This document shows positions 1-9,643 of a stretch of DNA of 64,000 bases, in pieces. The DNA lies in assembly GCA_002869275.1 (NCBI GenBank), contig PKTF01000131.1:4892-68891 (forward strand), written 5' to 3'. The number at the start of each line of letters is the position of its first letter. Position 1 is the stretch's first letter. This DNA is from Ignavibacteria bacterium. GTDB lineage: Bacteria; Bacteroidota; Ignavibacteria; SZUA-365. The notes below the pieces were generated by a model. It was not told the DNA's origin, ran no database searches, and was given only the letters and a program-made list of their open reading frames with translations. The position numbers and the translations under genes were made by a program.

Positions 1-472
1 CGGGATTGGCATCCTTGTGTTCCACGATCTTGATGATGTTTCCGTTCTCATCACGGATGACGCGGCCATAACCGCCGGGATCTGGAAGGACGGCCGTCAG
101 CACCGTCACCGTCGCACCGGTGGACCGATGTGTTTCCAGGGCGTTCAGCATGGTGTCGCGGCGCGTCAACGGCGCATCGCCCGAGAGAATTACCACGTCG
201 CCCGTGAAATTTTCCAGCGGGGGTTCCGCCATCTGTACGGCGTGACCTGTCCCGAGCTGCTTCTCCTGCACGGCGAACTGTATGCCGGGATCCACCTCCG
301 ACAGGTAATCGATGACGCTCTGTCGCTGATGTCCGACGACGACGATTGTGCGCTCACAGCCGATATCACGAGCGAGTCGGTAAACATGTTCGATCAGTGG
401 TATGCCGCCCAGTGTGTGCATCACCTTCGCCGTGTCGGGATTTTTCATGCGTTTTCCCTGACCGGCTGCCAT
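1..472 (-). CDS. glmU: Bifunctional GlmU (N-acetylglucosamine-1-phosphate uridyltransferase), N-terminal part; C-terminus lies beyond the window start
   Basis: Reverse-complement translation from the ATG at 472 gives MAAGQGKRMKNPDTAKVMHTLGGIPLIEHV...ILSGDAPL, the classic GlmU/nucleotidyltransferase N-terminus (G-x-G-x-R-M motif). The track omits it because the reading frame runs off the window edge. Confidence 0.75.
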   Translation of the reverse strand, partial: MAAGQGKRMKNPDTAKVMHTLGGIPLIEHVYRLARDIGCERTIVVVGHQRQSVIDYLSEVDPGIQFAVQEKQLGTGHAVQMAEPPLENFTGDVVILSGDAPLTRRDTMLNALETHRSTGATVTVLTAVLPDPGGYGRVIRDENGNIIKIVEHKDANP

Positions 473-590
473 GATGACGGCAGCTAAAGAATGTGTGTTC
501 ATGGGTGAGGTACAGAAAGGATGTTCGGTGTGTGCATGTGTGGATGAGGCATGCCCGGACTGAATGGGGACTGACACGTCGTACGGGTGG

Positions 591-947
591 TCACAGGATC
601 TGCTTGATCTTGTTGTGTTCATCGACGAGGATGATCTTAGGCTTATGCCCTGCAACCTCGTCTTCTGCGTACTCGGCGTAGGTGATGATAATGACTTCAT
701 CCCCAACATGTCCGAGCCGGGCTGCCGCACCGTTCAGGCAGATCGTACCTGATCCGGCTTCGCCGCGCAATGCATACGTTTCGAAGCGGTGCCCGTTGTT
801 GACGTTGACAACCTGTACTTTCTCATATTCCAGAATGTCAGCAGTTTCCATCAGCGAACTGTCTATGGTGATGCTTCCTTCATAGTACAGCTCTGCCTGA
901 GTGACGCGGGCCCGATGGACCTTTGACTTGAACATGATGCGCTTCAT
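591..947 (-). CDS. panD: Aspartate 1-decarboxylase
   Basis: 118 aa, [29 protein letters not shown]...NGAAARL, full-length PanD-like; lies immediately downstream of panC. Confidence 0.9.
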   Translation of the reverse strand: MKRIMFKSKVHRARVTQAELYYEGSITIDSSLMETADILEYEKVQVVNVNNGHRFETYALRGEAGSGTICLNGAAARLGHVGDEVIIITYAEYAEDEVAGHKPKIILVDEHNKIKQIL

Positions 948-1807
948 GAATCTATCGCCTTCTCTCCGAGAGTCATATTGTCTATCAATCTTGTCTTGCC
1001 GACGCGTGCCGCGATGGCAATGAGAACCCGGCCGGTGATCATTTCGCCCGCCGGTTCGAACGTATCCGGGTGCACGATCGCTGCGTAATCGAGGTCCACG
1101 GCACCCGAGCGCTGCAGTTCGTCGAGCAGAGTGCTTCGCAGCTCGGCGGTCCGGCGCTCACCGTTGTCGTACTTCTGCCTCGCCAATTGCAGGGCATGAG
1201 AAAGCGCCAGGGCCTCGCGACGATCCTGATCCGAAAGATACGTGTTTCTCGAACTCATTGCCAGTCCGTCAGGTTCCCGCCTGATTGGGGCGATGACGAT
1301 GTCGATGCCGAAATGCAGGTCCCGTGTCATCCTCCTGATGATGGCAGCCTGCTGGGCGTCTTTCTGTCCAAAAACCGATAGATGAGGACGGACAATATGA
1401 AATAGTTTTGTCACCACGGTCGTGACGCCTCGAAAATGCGTCGGTCGAGAGGCTCCTTCGAGACTGCTGCCCAGCTGATCGACGTGAACCCAGCTGGCGT
1501 CACCTTCCGGGTACATCTGTGCCGCTTTGGGAGCAAAGACGATATCACAGCCGGTCGATTCAGCCAGGGTGCAATCCCTTTCGAAGTCCCGCGGATAACG
1601 ATCGAGGTCTTCGCCCGCGGCAAATTGTGTCGGATTGACGAAAATGGAGAGCACGACGATGTCGGATGCTCTGCGCGCCAGACGCAGCAGATCGAGATGT
1701 CCTTCATGCAGAAATCCCATCGTGGGCACGAAACCTATACGGCGTCCTCCGGCGCGATGCTCATCGGCAAGGCGCTGCATCTCGTTGATGTCGCTGATGA
1801 TGATCAT
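944..1807 (-). CDS. panC: Pantoate--beta-alanine ligase
   Basis: Conserved PanC core [18 protein letters not shown]...QKDAQQ. The track ORF begins further upstream at 1981, but its first 58 residues are low-complexity (Ser/Ala-rich); I place the start at the internal Met [11 protein letters not shown] (ATG at 1807), 10 nt after the accD stop. Confidence 0.85.
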   Translation of the reverse strand: MIIISDINEMQRLADEHRAGGRRIGFVPTMGFLHEGHLDLLRLARRASDIVVLSIFVNPTQFAAGEDLDRYPRDFERDCTLAESTGCDIVFAPKAAQMYPEGDASWVHVDQLGSSLEGASRPTHFRGVTTVVTKLFHIVRPHLSVFGQKDAQQAAIIRRMTRDLHFGIDIVIAPIRREPDGLAMSSRNTYLSDQDRREALALSHALQLARQKYDNGERRTAELRSTLLDELQRSGAVDLDYAAIVHPDTFEPAGEMITGRVLIAIAARVGKTRLIDNMTLGEKAIDS

Positions 1808-1817
1808 GCCCGGCGGG

Positions 1818-2663
1818 TCAATCGGGTGACATGTGCGTGAGAAGGCGTCCGACGGTATCGCGCATTTCCTGCCGAGGGACGACAAGGTCGAGAAAACCTT
1901 TCTCGAGGAGGAATTCAGAGCGCTGGAAGCCTTCGGGGAGGTCTTTGCCGATGGTCTGCTTGATGACGCGCGGTCCCGCAAAACCGATCAGCGCTCCAGG
2001 TTCGGCGATATTTACGTCACCGAGCATGGCGAAGCTTGCCGTCACGCCGCCTGTGGTCGGATCGAGCATGATGGAGATGTAGGGGAGACCCGCATCGTGC
2101 AGCAGTGCCAGGCGTGCGCTTGTCTTTGCCATCTGCATGAGAGAATACGCGCCTTCCATCATTCTCGCGCCGCCGCTGGACGCAACAACAATCAACGCGC
2201 ATTTCTGTTTGAGCGCGCGGTCAACAGAACGGGCTATTTTTTCACCCACCACCGAACCCATGCTGCCGCCGATGAAGGAAAAATCCATGACGGCGATGGA
2301 AACCGGAGTACCGTGAATCTTTCCCATGCCGCTGCGTATGGCATCTTTCATCCCGGTTTTCTTGATCGTAGCCTCGATGCGCTTGTCGTACGGCTTGGTA
2401 TCGGTAAAAGCGAGAGGGTCGGTCGAATGCATTTTCTTGTCATGCTCCCGAAAACTTCCACTGTCCAGAAGGATGTCGAGATACTGCGCACTGCCGATAC
2501 GGAAGGATGCTCCGCAATGGATACAGGTGTAGAGTGATGCCTCGAGCTGTGTCTGGTGCATCATTTCGCTGCACGCCGGACATTTTACCCATGAGCCGTC
2601 AGCCACTTCGCGTTTCTGAACCGGGGCATCGATGTTGCTTTTACTGCGTTTGAACCATGCCAT
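1818..2663 (-). CDS. accD: Acetyl-CoA carboxylase carboxyltransferase beta subunit
   Basis: N-terminal Zn-ribbon CPACSEMMHQTQL...CIHCG followed by the carboxyltransferase domain (GGSMG, GGARMMEG). Confidence 0.9.
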   Translation of the reverse strand: MAWFKRSKSNIDAPVQKREVADGSWVKCPACSEMMHQTQLEASLYTCIHCGASFRIGSAQYLDILLDSGSFREHDKKMHSTDPLAFTDTKPYDKRIEATIKKTGMKDAIRSGMGKIHGTPVSIAVMDFSFIGGSMGSVVGEKIARSVDRALKQKCALIVVASSGGARMMEGAYSLMQMAKTSARLALLHDAGLPYISIMLDPTTGGVTASFAMLGDVNIAEPGALIGFAGPRVIKQTIGKDLPEGFQRSEFLLEKGFLDLVVPRQEMRDTVGRLLTHMSPD

Positions 2664-2666
2664 TTA

Positions 2667-3377
2667 TCAATCTCCGTCCGTTTCCTTTCGTCTGAACAGT
2701 GTGTGCTTCGCCTGCTTGACTTCGAACTGCTGCACGTACAGCGGTTCGCAGGTGTCGGTGTCCGCGGCTTCTCCACGAGAAAGCATTTCTTCTCCGAGCA
2801 ATGCGATGTACGTGGCATCCGCCGTGATATTCTCGAGCGGCGTCACGTGTTCGCGTTGCGCAACGTCGAGGATATCGGCTGAAGCGTATCCTGCAATGTA
2901 CGCACATTTCTTGATTGCTGCTTCAATTTCCTCCGTGTGCAGGACAGAAACCGGGGAACGGGTAGTCCAGGAGTTCCTCGCGAACTCATAGGCCGCGGCG
3001 TACATCTCATTCTTTCTCGAAGGGAGTAGCACCAGCAGCTCTTCATGCATTTCCACTGAGACCGCACGCGACGCAGCGAAAGCCAGGGAATCGAGTGTTG
3101 GCACCAATGCCAGGGGTATATCGAGCGCCAGTGCCATGCCTTTGGCGACAGCCAGCCCGATTCGGAGTCCGGTGAAGGACCCCGGTCCTGCCGATACCGC
3201 GATTCCTGTCAGGTCGCCGGCGGTGCTTCCATGTTCCTGCAAAATATCACGGCAGAGAGGTGCAAGCAGTTCGTCGTGCGCGTTCGTGGCATCATGGCGC
3301 ATCGAGCGCAGGATACCGCCTTTTTCTACCAGCGCCACACTCAGGGCAGAGGTGGCGGTTTCAATTCCAAGAATCAT
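2667..3377 (-). CDS. tsaB: tRNA threonylcarbamoyladenosine biosynthesis protein TsaB (YeaZ)
   Basis: MILGIETATSALSVAL...GPGSFTGLRIG, the inactive Kae1 paralog signature; overlaps tsaE by 4 nt. Confidence 0.85.
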   Translation of the reverse strand: MILGIETATSALSVALVEKGGILRSMRHDATNAHDELLAPLCRDILQEHGSTAGDLTGIAVSAGPGSFTGLRIGLAVAKGMALALDIPLALVPTLDSLAFAASRAVSVEMHEELLVLLPSRKNEMYAAAYEFARNSWTTRSPVSVLHTEEIEAAIKKCAYIAGYASADILDVAQREHVTPLENITADATYIALLGEEMLSRGEAADTDTCEPLYVQQFEVKQAKHTLFRRKETDGD

Positions 3378-3856
3378 CGGCTTCTCCGAAACAGTTCCTG
3401 CGGTTCGAAGAGGATGGAGTCATCAGCCTCGTTATCAAGCAGCGCGATGGTGATTTCGCGCGAGGAAGGATCGGCGGAGTGCCGAATGGCGACTTCGTAG
3501 CGCGGACAGGGCAGCAGTTTGCGGGCTCGTTCAGCCCATTCGATGAGAATAATGCGCTCTTCACGGAAGAGTTCATGCAGTCCGATCTGCAGCATTTCTT
3601 CCTGTGTCGAAAGTCGGTAGAGGTCGCAGTGTGCGATCGGGCTCGTGCCGCTGTATTCGTTGACGATGGTAAAGGTCGGACTGCTCACCTGATCGGCGCA
3701 CTCGAAATGCTCACAGAGTCCGCGAATGAATGCCGTTTTTCCGGCACCCAGATCGCCGCTCATGGCGACCACCGCTTCGGGCGGCAGGGCCTCACCGAGC
3801 TGCCGTCCTGCCGCGCGTGTCTCTGCTTCGCCGTATGTGTTGAGTTCAAGTCTCAC
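3374..3856 (-). CDS. tsaE: tRNA threonylcarbamoyladenosine biosynthesis ATPase TsaE (YjeE)
   Basis: Walker A GDLGAGKT and conserved SPTFT motif; 160 aa. Confidence 0.85.
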   Translation of the reverse strand: MRLELNTYGEAETRAAGRQLGEALPPEAVVAMSGDLGAGKTAFIRGLCEHFECADQVSSPTFTIVNEYSGTSPIAHCDLYRLSTQEEMLQIGLHELFREERIILIEWAERARKLLPCPRYEVAIRHSADPSSREITIALLDNEADDSILFEPQELFRRSR

Positions 3857-3864
3857 GGGCAGGA

Positions 3865-5427
3865 TCAGACCTTCGATCTCATCGTGATCACCGGCAAGAT
3901 CAGTTCCTCGAGAGACATTCCGCCATGCTGGAAACTGTCTCGATAGTAGGAGAGGTACTTGTTGTACTCCGTCGGATACACGAAGTAATGGTCTTCCTTC
4001 GCGATGATGTAATTCACTGTTACCCCGCGCCGGGGCAGCTTGTACTCTTCAGGATTCTTGATGTACATCGCGTGTTTGCTGTCGGCTTTAACATTGCGCC
4101 CGTATTTGTACCGGAGGTTTGTCGACGTCTCGCGATCTCCGAGCACCTTGCTGCCGCGCATGCAGCGCACACTCCCGTGGTCGGTCGTCACGACGATGGT
4201 GGCGTTGGGGGTCCGCGCGATCTGCTGGAACATGCTGTACAGATGCGAGTGTGTGAACCAGGTATTTGTCAGGGAGCGGTAAGCGGATTCATCCGGAGCG
4301 ATTTCCTTGAGGATGGGAAAGTCGGAACGGCTGTGCGCCAGCATGTCGACAAAATTGACGACGATGGCCGTGAGATGGTTCTTCACGAACGCGGAAATGT
4401 TGCCGACCATCTGTTTCCCGAATTCCGGATCGATGATCTTGATGTATTTCAAGTCATTACGGAGCTTTATGCGGCGGCGTTCGAGCAGCTTTTCGAGGAA
4501 TTCCTTCTCGTGTTTGTTCATCGAATAGTCGTCATCGTCCTTGTTTGCCCAGAGGTCGGGGAAGACACGTTCGATTTCACTCGGGTAGTATCCGCTGAAA
4601 ATGGCATTCCGCGCGTAGGGCGTCGCCGATGGCAGGATGCCCATGTAGAATTCCTTCTCGATGGTGTACAGCCCGCGCAGGTGCTGTTCCATCACGAGCC
4701 ACTGGTCATAGCGCATGCAATCGATGACGAAAAAGAACACCGGACCCTTGGAGTCGAGATGTGGCAGAAGGAAACGGTCCACGACCTGCGGAGAGAGGGT
4801 GACGTCGTCGTCGTCGAGCCAGTCGCGATAATTGCGCTCGACAAATTTGCAGAATTCCTGGTTGCACTCCTTGCGCTGATCGGCCATGGTTTGCTGCAAC
4901 CCGAGCTGTGGATGCTGGTCGAGTTCCAGTTCCCACTCCACCAGCTTTTTGTAAATCTCCACCCACTCATCGAGATCCAGCGGACCCTGCAGCTTCATCG
5001 TGACCTGGTTGAATTCGCGGATATAATCCTGCGCCGTACGGTCGCCGACGATGCGCTTTCCCTGCAAAACCTTTTTCGCGACGAGCAATATCTGGCTGGG
5101 ATTTACCGGTTTGGTGAGGTAATCAGCGATTTTCTCACCGATAGCCTCTTCCATGAGTGCTTCTTCCTCGTTTTTGGTCACCATGACCACCGGTACATTC
5201 GGCCGAACTTCCTTGATCGCGGAGAGCGTTTCGAGTCCCCCCATGCCCGGCATGGATTCATCGAGAAGGATCAGATCGATGCTTTCGCGAGTGACGAAGT
5301 CGAGCGCATCCTCACCGTTCGTGACCGTACTGAGACGGTAGCCTTTCTGTTCGAGATGCATGATGTGCGGACGGAGAAGTTCGACCTCGTCGTCCACCCA
5401 GAGAATATGTCCTTTGTCATCCGCCAT
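3865..5427 (-). CDS. porX: PorX-type response regulator: CheY-like receiver domain fused to a PglZ (alkaline-phosphatase superfamily) domain
   Basis: N-terminus ILWVDDE...LILLDESMPGMGG...VVMVT is a receiver domain with the phospho-acceptor Asp. The C-terminal about 380 aa is PglZ-like (FFFVIDCMRYDQW ... TTDHGS). Same architecture as T9SS regulator PorX. Confidence 0.8.
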   Translation of the reverse strand: MADDKGHILWVDDEVELLRPHIMHLEQKGYRLSTVTNGEDALDFVTRESIDLILLDESMPGMGGLETLSAIKEVRPNVPVVMVTKNEEEALMEEAIGEKIADYLTKPVNPSQILLVAKKVLQGKRIVGDRTAQDYIREFNQVTMKLQGPLDLDEWVEIYKKLVEWELELDQHPQLGLQQTMADQRKECNQEFCKFVERNYRDWLDDDDVTLSPQVVDRFLLPHLDSKGPVFFFVIDCMRYDQWLVMEQHLRGLYTIEKEFYMGILPSATPYARNAIFSGYYPSEIERVFPDLWANKDDDDYSMNKHEKEFLEKLLERRRIKLRNDLKYIKIIDPEFGKQMVGNISAFVKNHLTAIVVNFVDMLAHSRSDFPILKEIAPDESAYRSLTNTWFTHSHLYSMFQQIARTPNATIVVTTDHGSVRCMRGSKVLGDRETSTNLRYKYGRNVKADSKHAMYIKNPEEYKLPRRGVTVNYIIAKEDHYFVYPTEYNKYLSYYRDSFQHGGMSLEELILPVITMRSKV

Positions 5428-5520
5428 TGCGGGGGCCTCGCGTCTTTTCAGTGAATCAGATTCAAGAAAACAACCTACGAAACATCATAGGTGCACGCAA
5501 TACACTAGCGGATACTGCAA

Positions 5521-5627
5521 AGAGGAACGCCGAGTTCCTCAGAGTTTACGCTGAGTTTCTCAGAGTGCTTTCCTGAATTGTCACTCCGCGCTACTCTGAG
5601 TCGACGCTGCGTAACTCTGCGTTCCTC
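5521..5627. promoter_or_regulatory. Long imperfect nested inverted repeat (about 107 nt) in the porX / CNNM divergent intergenic region; candidate structured leader or regulatory palindrome
   Basis: GAGGAACGC (5521-5529) pairs with GCGTTCCTC (5619-5627). Inside that, CAGAGTTTACGC pairs with GCGTAACTCTG (one bulge), and CTCAGAGT with ACTCTGAG. Apical loop about 25 nt. Ends 48 nt upstream of the CNNM start. Confidence 0.4.
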
Positions 5628-5674
5628 TTTTATCTTTCAGTTGCCTTTATCACGCGTATCCGATAGATTCCCGC

Positions 5675-6709
5675 ATGATTCTGCTCATTGTTCTATGTTT
5701 CCTTATCCTTCTTCTGTCCTTTCTCGCATCGAGCATGGAAGCCGCGCTTTTTTCCGTCACACCGATCCAGATCGAACAGATGTGTGATCGCGGACTCACC
5801 GGGGCATCCCGGTTGCGTCGGAACAAAAAGGCGATTCAGGAATCCATCGTCGCCATCGTCATCCTCAACAATCTTTCGAACATCGCCGGGTCCATCCTCG
5901 TCGGAGCGCTGGCCATCGATGTGTTCGATGATGTGTGGGTTGGGGTGTTTTCAGCGGCCCTGACCTTCGCAATCATCGTATTCGGCGAGGTGGTCCCCAA
6001 GACCATTGCCGAGCGGAACGCCGCCGTCTACGCGCGATACACCGCACAGTTCGTTTTCGTCCTTCGCATATTTTTTAAACCGATGATTGTCCTCATCAAC
6101 GTGTTTGCCCGACCTTTTGGCGGACAGGCGGATGTTGAGCATCGATTATCGGAAGAGGAAATAACGATTCTCGCCAGGATGAGCCACCATCACGGAAATA
6201 TACTCGAAACCGAAAATCAGCTCATCCGCCGGGTATTCGAACTCGACGACCTTATGGCCCGCGATATCATGACACCACGGACCGTGGTGTTCGCGCTCCG
6301 CGGCAACGACCGTCTCGACAGCGTAGCCAATGACCTCTACAAGGCGGCGGTGAGCCGAATACCGATTTACGGCGAAGATCTGGACGATATTCTCGGACTT
6401 GCGCATATACGTGAGCTGCTCGCCGGAATGGCGAAAGGCAAGGGACATAAGCTGTTGCGTGATTTTGCGGAGGAGGTGAGCTTCGTGCCTGACACGGCGC
6501 GCCTCAACGTGCTTCTTACGGATTTTCAGAAAAATCGTGAACACCTGTCCATCGTCGTGGACGAACACGGGGGTATGGCGGGCGTGATCACGCTGGAGGA
6601 TATCCTGGAACAACTCGTCGGTGAGATCGTCGACGAACACGACAGCGATGTCGACCTGCGCGTCAAGGCGAGGCTGCTGAAGGAAATGCGGAGAAAAGGG
6701 TTGGAGTGA
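5675..6709 (+). CDS. CNNM/CorC-family divalent-cation transporter (DUF21 transmembrane domain plus CBS pair)
   Basis: Four N-terminal TM helices of DUF21 type, then a CBS pair (LMARDIMTPRTVV ... GVITLEDILEQLVGEI). No C-terminal CorC_HlyC domain apparent. Confidence 0.8.
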   Translation: MILLIVLCFLILLLSFLASSMEAALFSVTPIQIEQMCDRGLTGASRLRRNKKAIQESIVAIVILNNLSNIAGSILVGALAIDVFDDVWVGVFSAALTFAIIVFGEVVPKTIAERNAAVYARYTAQFVFVLRIFFKPMIVLINVFARPFGGQADVEHRLSEEEITILARMSHHHGNILETENQLIRRVFELDDLMARDIMTPRTVVFALRGNDRLDSVANDLYKAAVSRIPIYGEDLDDILGLAHIRELLAGMAKGKGHKLLRDFAEEVSFVPDTARLNVLLTDFQKNREHLSIVVDEHGGMAGVITLEDILEQLVGEIVDEHDSDVDLRVKARLLKEMRRKGLE

Positions 6710-7828
6710 TCAGGGCTCGAATCGGTAAACCAGTCCACCACTGAAAATCAGGTGTTTTGTAAGGCCGGTGCTGGCAAAAAACTGCAGCGGTCCAACATGC
6801 GCCGTGATGCCGAACGTCGCTTTCAGCGCGTCATCACTCAGCGTTACCGGCACCGTCTGTGGATCGATGTCGTAGCCGATTTCGTCCTTGATATTCTGCG
6901 GCAGCGTGAACGTGTAGCTGCCATCCGAGTTGAGAGTTTCGTATGACACGCCCACATACGGTTCAATCATGCCGAATCGCTTGCTCGCGTGGATGTTGAA
7001 TGCGAAAAGATCCGTCTCGGCTTCCAGTTTGGCTTTGGTGAGACCAACTTCATTGTCGATGGTACTGTGCTGGAAACCTGCCTGAACGGCGGCATCGAAA
7101 TAGGGATCGTCGAACCAGTTGGTGAACGCGTGCTTGATCGCGATGCCGAAGAAACTGAAACGCCCCACGTTGACGTCGAACACGACCGGCGGGATGTATC
7201 GCAGGAGCATTTCGCTGTTCCAGAGGGAGCCGATGGTTAGCTGAGGAACTGCGGCCGCAACGTAATTCTGATTTGTACCAGAGGTTAATGCAAGCTGACT
7301 CGGCAGACTCGCGAGCGTCGCGCTGTCGATTCCCTGCACGTTCGCGCTCAAGTATTCTTTAGGGATGACAAATCCACTGCCTTCTCCGCCGAACACCGTT
7401 GCGGTGTTCACTCGTGTCTTAAGGGCTCCGTCAACTTCGGCCTCGCGCAGCTGCGCTTTGAAGTAGTTCAGCTGGAGTACACGGCTCCATTGCTCGAATT
7501 CAGAGATGGGATCATACGGATTGGGGGTGTTGTCAAGCGGAAGCACCGCTTCGAACATGCGCTCCTCATCCACGACGAAGGCCGCCATCGCGCGCAGGGA
7601 AATTTCAAAATAGAATTCGTTGTCGCGAGGGATGTAGGCGTGGTTGTAGAAGGCGTCGTTTGCGCCGACGTTTGATACGATCACCAGCGGACTCATGAAG
7701 CCTTCGGCGTTTGCCTCGAACAGCTCGCGTGAATAGTCTTCGAGCAGAGCCTTCGTGTCAATGTTCACCTGCGCCGAGAGGGGGAGGGGGAAGAGCAGGA
7801 CGAATGCGAGTATCGTGAGAATACGCAT
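6710..7828 (-). CDS. Hypothetical outer-membrane beta-barrel protein with signal peptide
   Basis: Signal peptide MRILTILAFVLLFPLPLSAQ (ATG at 7828). The track start at 7882 would overlap adk by 34 nt, so I prefer the internal start. Alternating hydrophobic beta-strand pattern; no family recognised. Confidence 0.55.
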   Translation of the reverse strand: MRILTILAFVLLFPLPLSAQVNIDTKALLEDYSRELFEANAEGFMSPLVIVSNVGANDAFYNHAYIPRDNEFYFEISLRAMAAFVVDEERMFEAVLPLDNTPNPYDPISEFEQWSRVLQLNYFKAQLREAEVDGALKTRVNTATVFGGEGSGFVIPKEYLSANVQGIDSATLASLPSQLALTSGTNQNYVAAAVPQLTIGSLWNSEMLLRYIPPVVFDVNVGRFSFFGIAIKHAFTNWFDDPYFDAAVQAGFQHSTIDNEVGLTKAKLEAETDLFAFNIHASKRFGMIEPYVGVSYETLNSDGSYTFTLPQNIKDEIGYDIDPQTVPVTLSDDALKATFGITAHVGPLQFFASTGLTKHLIFSGGLVYRFEP

Positions 7829-7848
7829 GCGGACAACACCTATGTTTC

Positions 7849-8403
7849 TCATTTGTGCTTTTCGATGGCCTCGATAATACACCGTGTGATATCCTCGATG
7901 GTTCCGATTCCCTGGATGTCAGTGAGGATACCCTTGGCGCGGTAGTACTCCGCGATGGGCTTGGTCGTATCGCGATAAATCCGTAGTCGTTTACGGATGG
8001 TGCTCTCTTCATCATCGGAGCGCCCGCGCTTACCCAACCGTGAGATGATTTCATCCTCGGTGACGATCATATTGAGCACGGTGTTGAGTTTCGTCCCTTC
8101 GGGAAGCATGTGCTCGAGGGCGTCTGCCTGGGCGGGGGTACGTGGGAAGCCATCCAGCAGAAAACCATCAGCAGTATCCTCTTGCAGCAGCCGTTCGCGC
8201 ACCATGGCGTTGGTGACCATGTCAGGTACTAGTTCACCGGCCTCGGAATAGCGTTTAGCCTCGATGCCGAGTGGTGTGTTGTTACGGATGTTTTCCCGGA
8301 AAATGTCTCCCGTGGAAATGTGCGGTATGTTATAGCGTTTCGATATGAACTGTGCCTGTGTGCCCTTTCCTGCACCTGGGGGGCCAAAGATCAAAATCCG
8401 CAT
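7849..8403 (-). CDS. adk: Adenylate kinase
   Basis: MRILIFGPPGAGKGTQ (P-loop) ... GFLLDGFPRT ... LID region. I place the start at the ATG at 8403, just before the P-loop, rather than the longer track ORF. Confidence 0.9.
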   Translation of the reverse strand: MRILIFGPPGAGKGTQAQFISKRYNIPHISTGDIFRENIRNNTPLGIEAKRYSEAGELVPDMVTNAMVRERLLQEDTADGFLLDGFPRTPAQADALEHMLPEGTKLNTVLNMIVTEDEIISRLGKRGRSDDEESTIRKRLRIYRDTTKPIAEYYRAKGILTDIQGIGTIEDITRCIIEAIEKHK

Positions 8404-8487
8404 ATCGTCCTCGAAGTTGGGTGTTGTCGAATTCAATGCGCATGGAGCGAATGCGTAAAAAGTAAGGAATTTCCTTTCCTGAACAAA

Positions 8488-9585
8488 TCAGATATTGTCC
8501 GTCCTGATTGGTCCGTGTTTCACGGCGAGTTGTCCGCAGGCTGCATCGATGTCACGGCCCGAACTCGAGCGCAGCATCACCGTCACACCCTCTCTGCGCA
8601 GTTTATCTGCAAAGTCTTCGATATGATGCATCGCGGGCGGCGAAAGGTGCAGTGGGGGACCATCTGGGTAGGCGTTCTCGATCGGATGGAAGGGGATGAT
8701 GTTCACTTTGCTGGGAAATCGTCGGGTCAGTTTCACCAGGCGGCGGATATCATCATCCGCATCATTGATGCCATCAAAGAGAATGTATTCGTACGTCACC
8801 GCTCGCCGCGTGCTGCGATAGTAGTATTCCGCGGCATCGATGATCGTCTGCAGTGGATATTTCTTGTTGATCGGCATCAGCCGCGTGCGAACGTCGTCCG
8901 TAGTCGCATGGAGCGATAGGGCGAGCTTGATTTTTCTGCCGTCGTCGGCGAGTTTCCTGATCCCTTCCGCCAGTCCCGCCGTTGACAGCGTAATGTGGCT
9001 CGCCGCGATCGCACCGACGGCTTCGTCGGTCAGGATATCCACGGTACGCAGCACGTTGTCGTAATTCAGCAGCGGTTCACCCATGCCCATGAAGACGAGG
9101 TTTGAAATCCGCTGATCCGATCGGCGCTGCACCTCAGCATACTGACCGAGAATTTCACCCGTGGTAAGATTACGTTTCAGCTTCATCGAGGCCGTCGCGC
9201 AGAACTTGCAGTCGAGCGGACACCCCACCTGCGTGGACACACAGATGGTCAGGCGTTTTGGCTGTCCCTCATCAAGGGACTCGGCAGGAATCAGGACGGT
9301 TTCGACCTTGCGGCCGTCTTCGAGTTCGAAGAGGAATTTCCTCGTGCCGTCGCTGCTTACCTGTTCGGTGCTGCATACGGGACGCGTGATCCGGTACCGG
9401 TGCTGCAGTTCACTGCGCAATTCCTTCGGCAGATTCCTGCACCCGTCGAAGGAGGTCACGCCTTTCGCGTACAACCAGGTGTAGAGTTGGTCCGCGCGGT
9501 AACGCGGAAATCCGGCAGAGATCATCTCCTCCTGCAGCTCCTGACGCGACAGTCCGTAGATATGTTGTGTGTGCTCTGGAATCAT
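8488..9585 (-). CDS. rlmN: 23S rRNA (adenine2503-C2)/tRNA methyltransferase, radical SAM
   Basis: CVSTQVGCPLDCKFCAT (CxxxCxxC radical-SAM cluster) with RlmN-type flanking sequence and a C-terminal Cys. Confidence 0.85.
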   Translation of the reverse strand: MIPEHTQHIYGLSRQELQEEMISAGFPRYRADQLYTWLYAKGVTSFDGCRNLPKELRSELQHRYRITRPVCSTEQVSSDGTRKFLFELEDGRKVETVLIPAESLDEGQPKRLTICVSTQVGCPLDCKFCATASMKLKRNLTTGEILGQYAEVQRRSDQRISNLVFMGMGEPLLNYDNVLRTVDILTDEAVGAIAASHITLSTAGLAEGIRKLADDGRKIKLALSLHATTDDVRTRLMPINKKYPLQTIIDAAEYYYRSTRRAVTYEYILFDGINDADDDIRRLVKLTRRFPSKVNIIPFHPIENAYPDGPPLHLSPPAMHHIEDFADKLRREGVTVMLRSSSGRDIDAACGQLAVKHGPIRTDNI

Positions 9586-9643
9586 ATTCCTCCAACGCTA
9601 ACTTAGGGATTTTCATTCAAATGCGAGAGGGTGGTGGAGTGAC

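Noticed and set aside
1808-1981. N-terminal 58 residues of track ORF 944..1981
   Set aside because: Low-complexity Ser/Ala-rich extension overlapping accD; conserved PanC sequence begins at the Met at 1807.
3925-5454. 509-aa plus-strand ORF
   Set aside because: Lies entirely antisense to the porX gene; the composition is the GC-driven shadow frame of a well-supported gene; no recognisable motifs.
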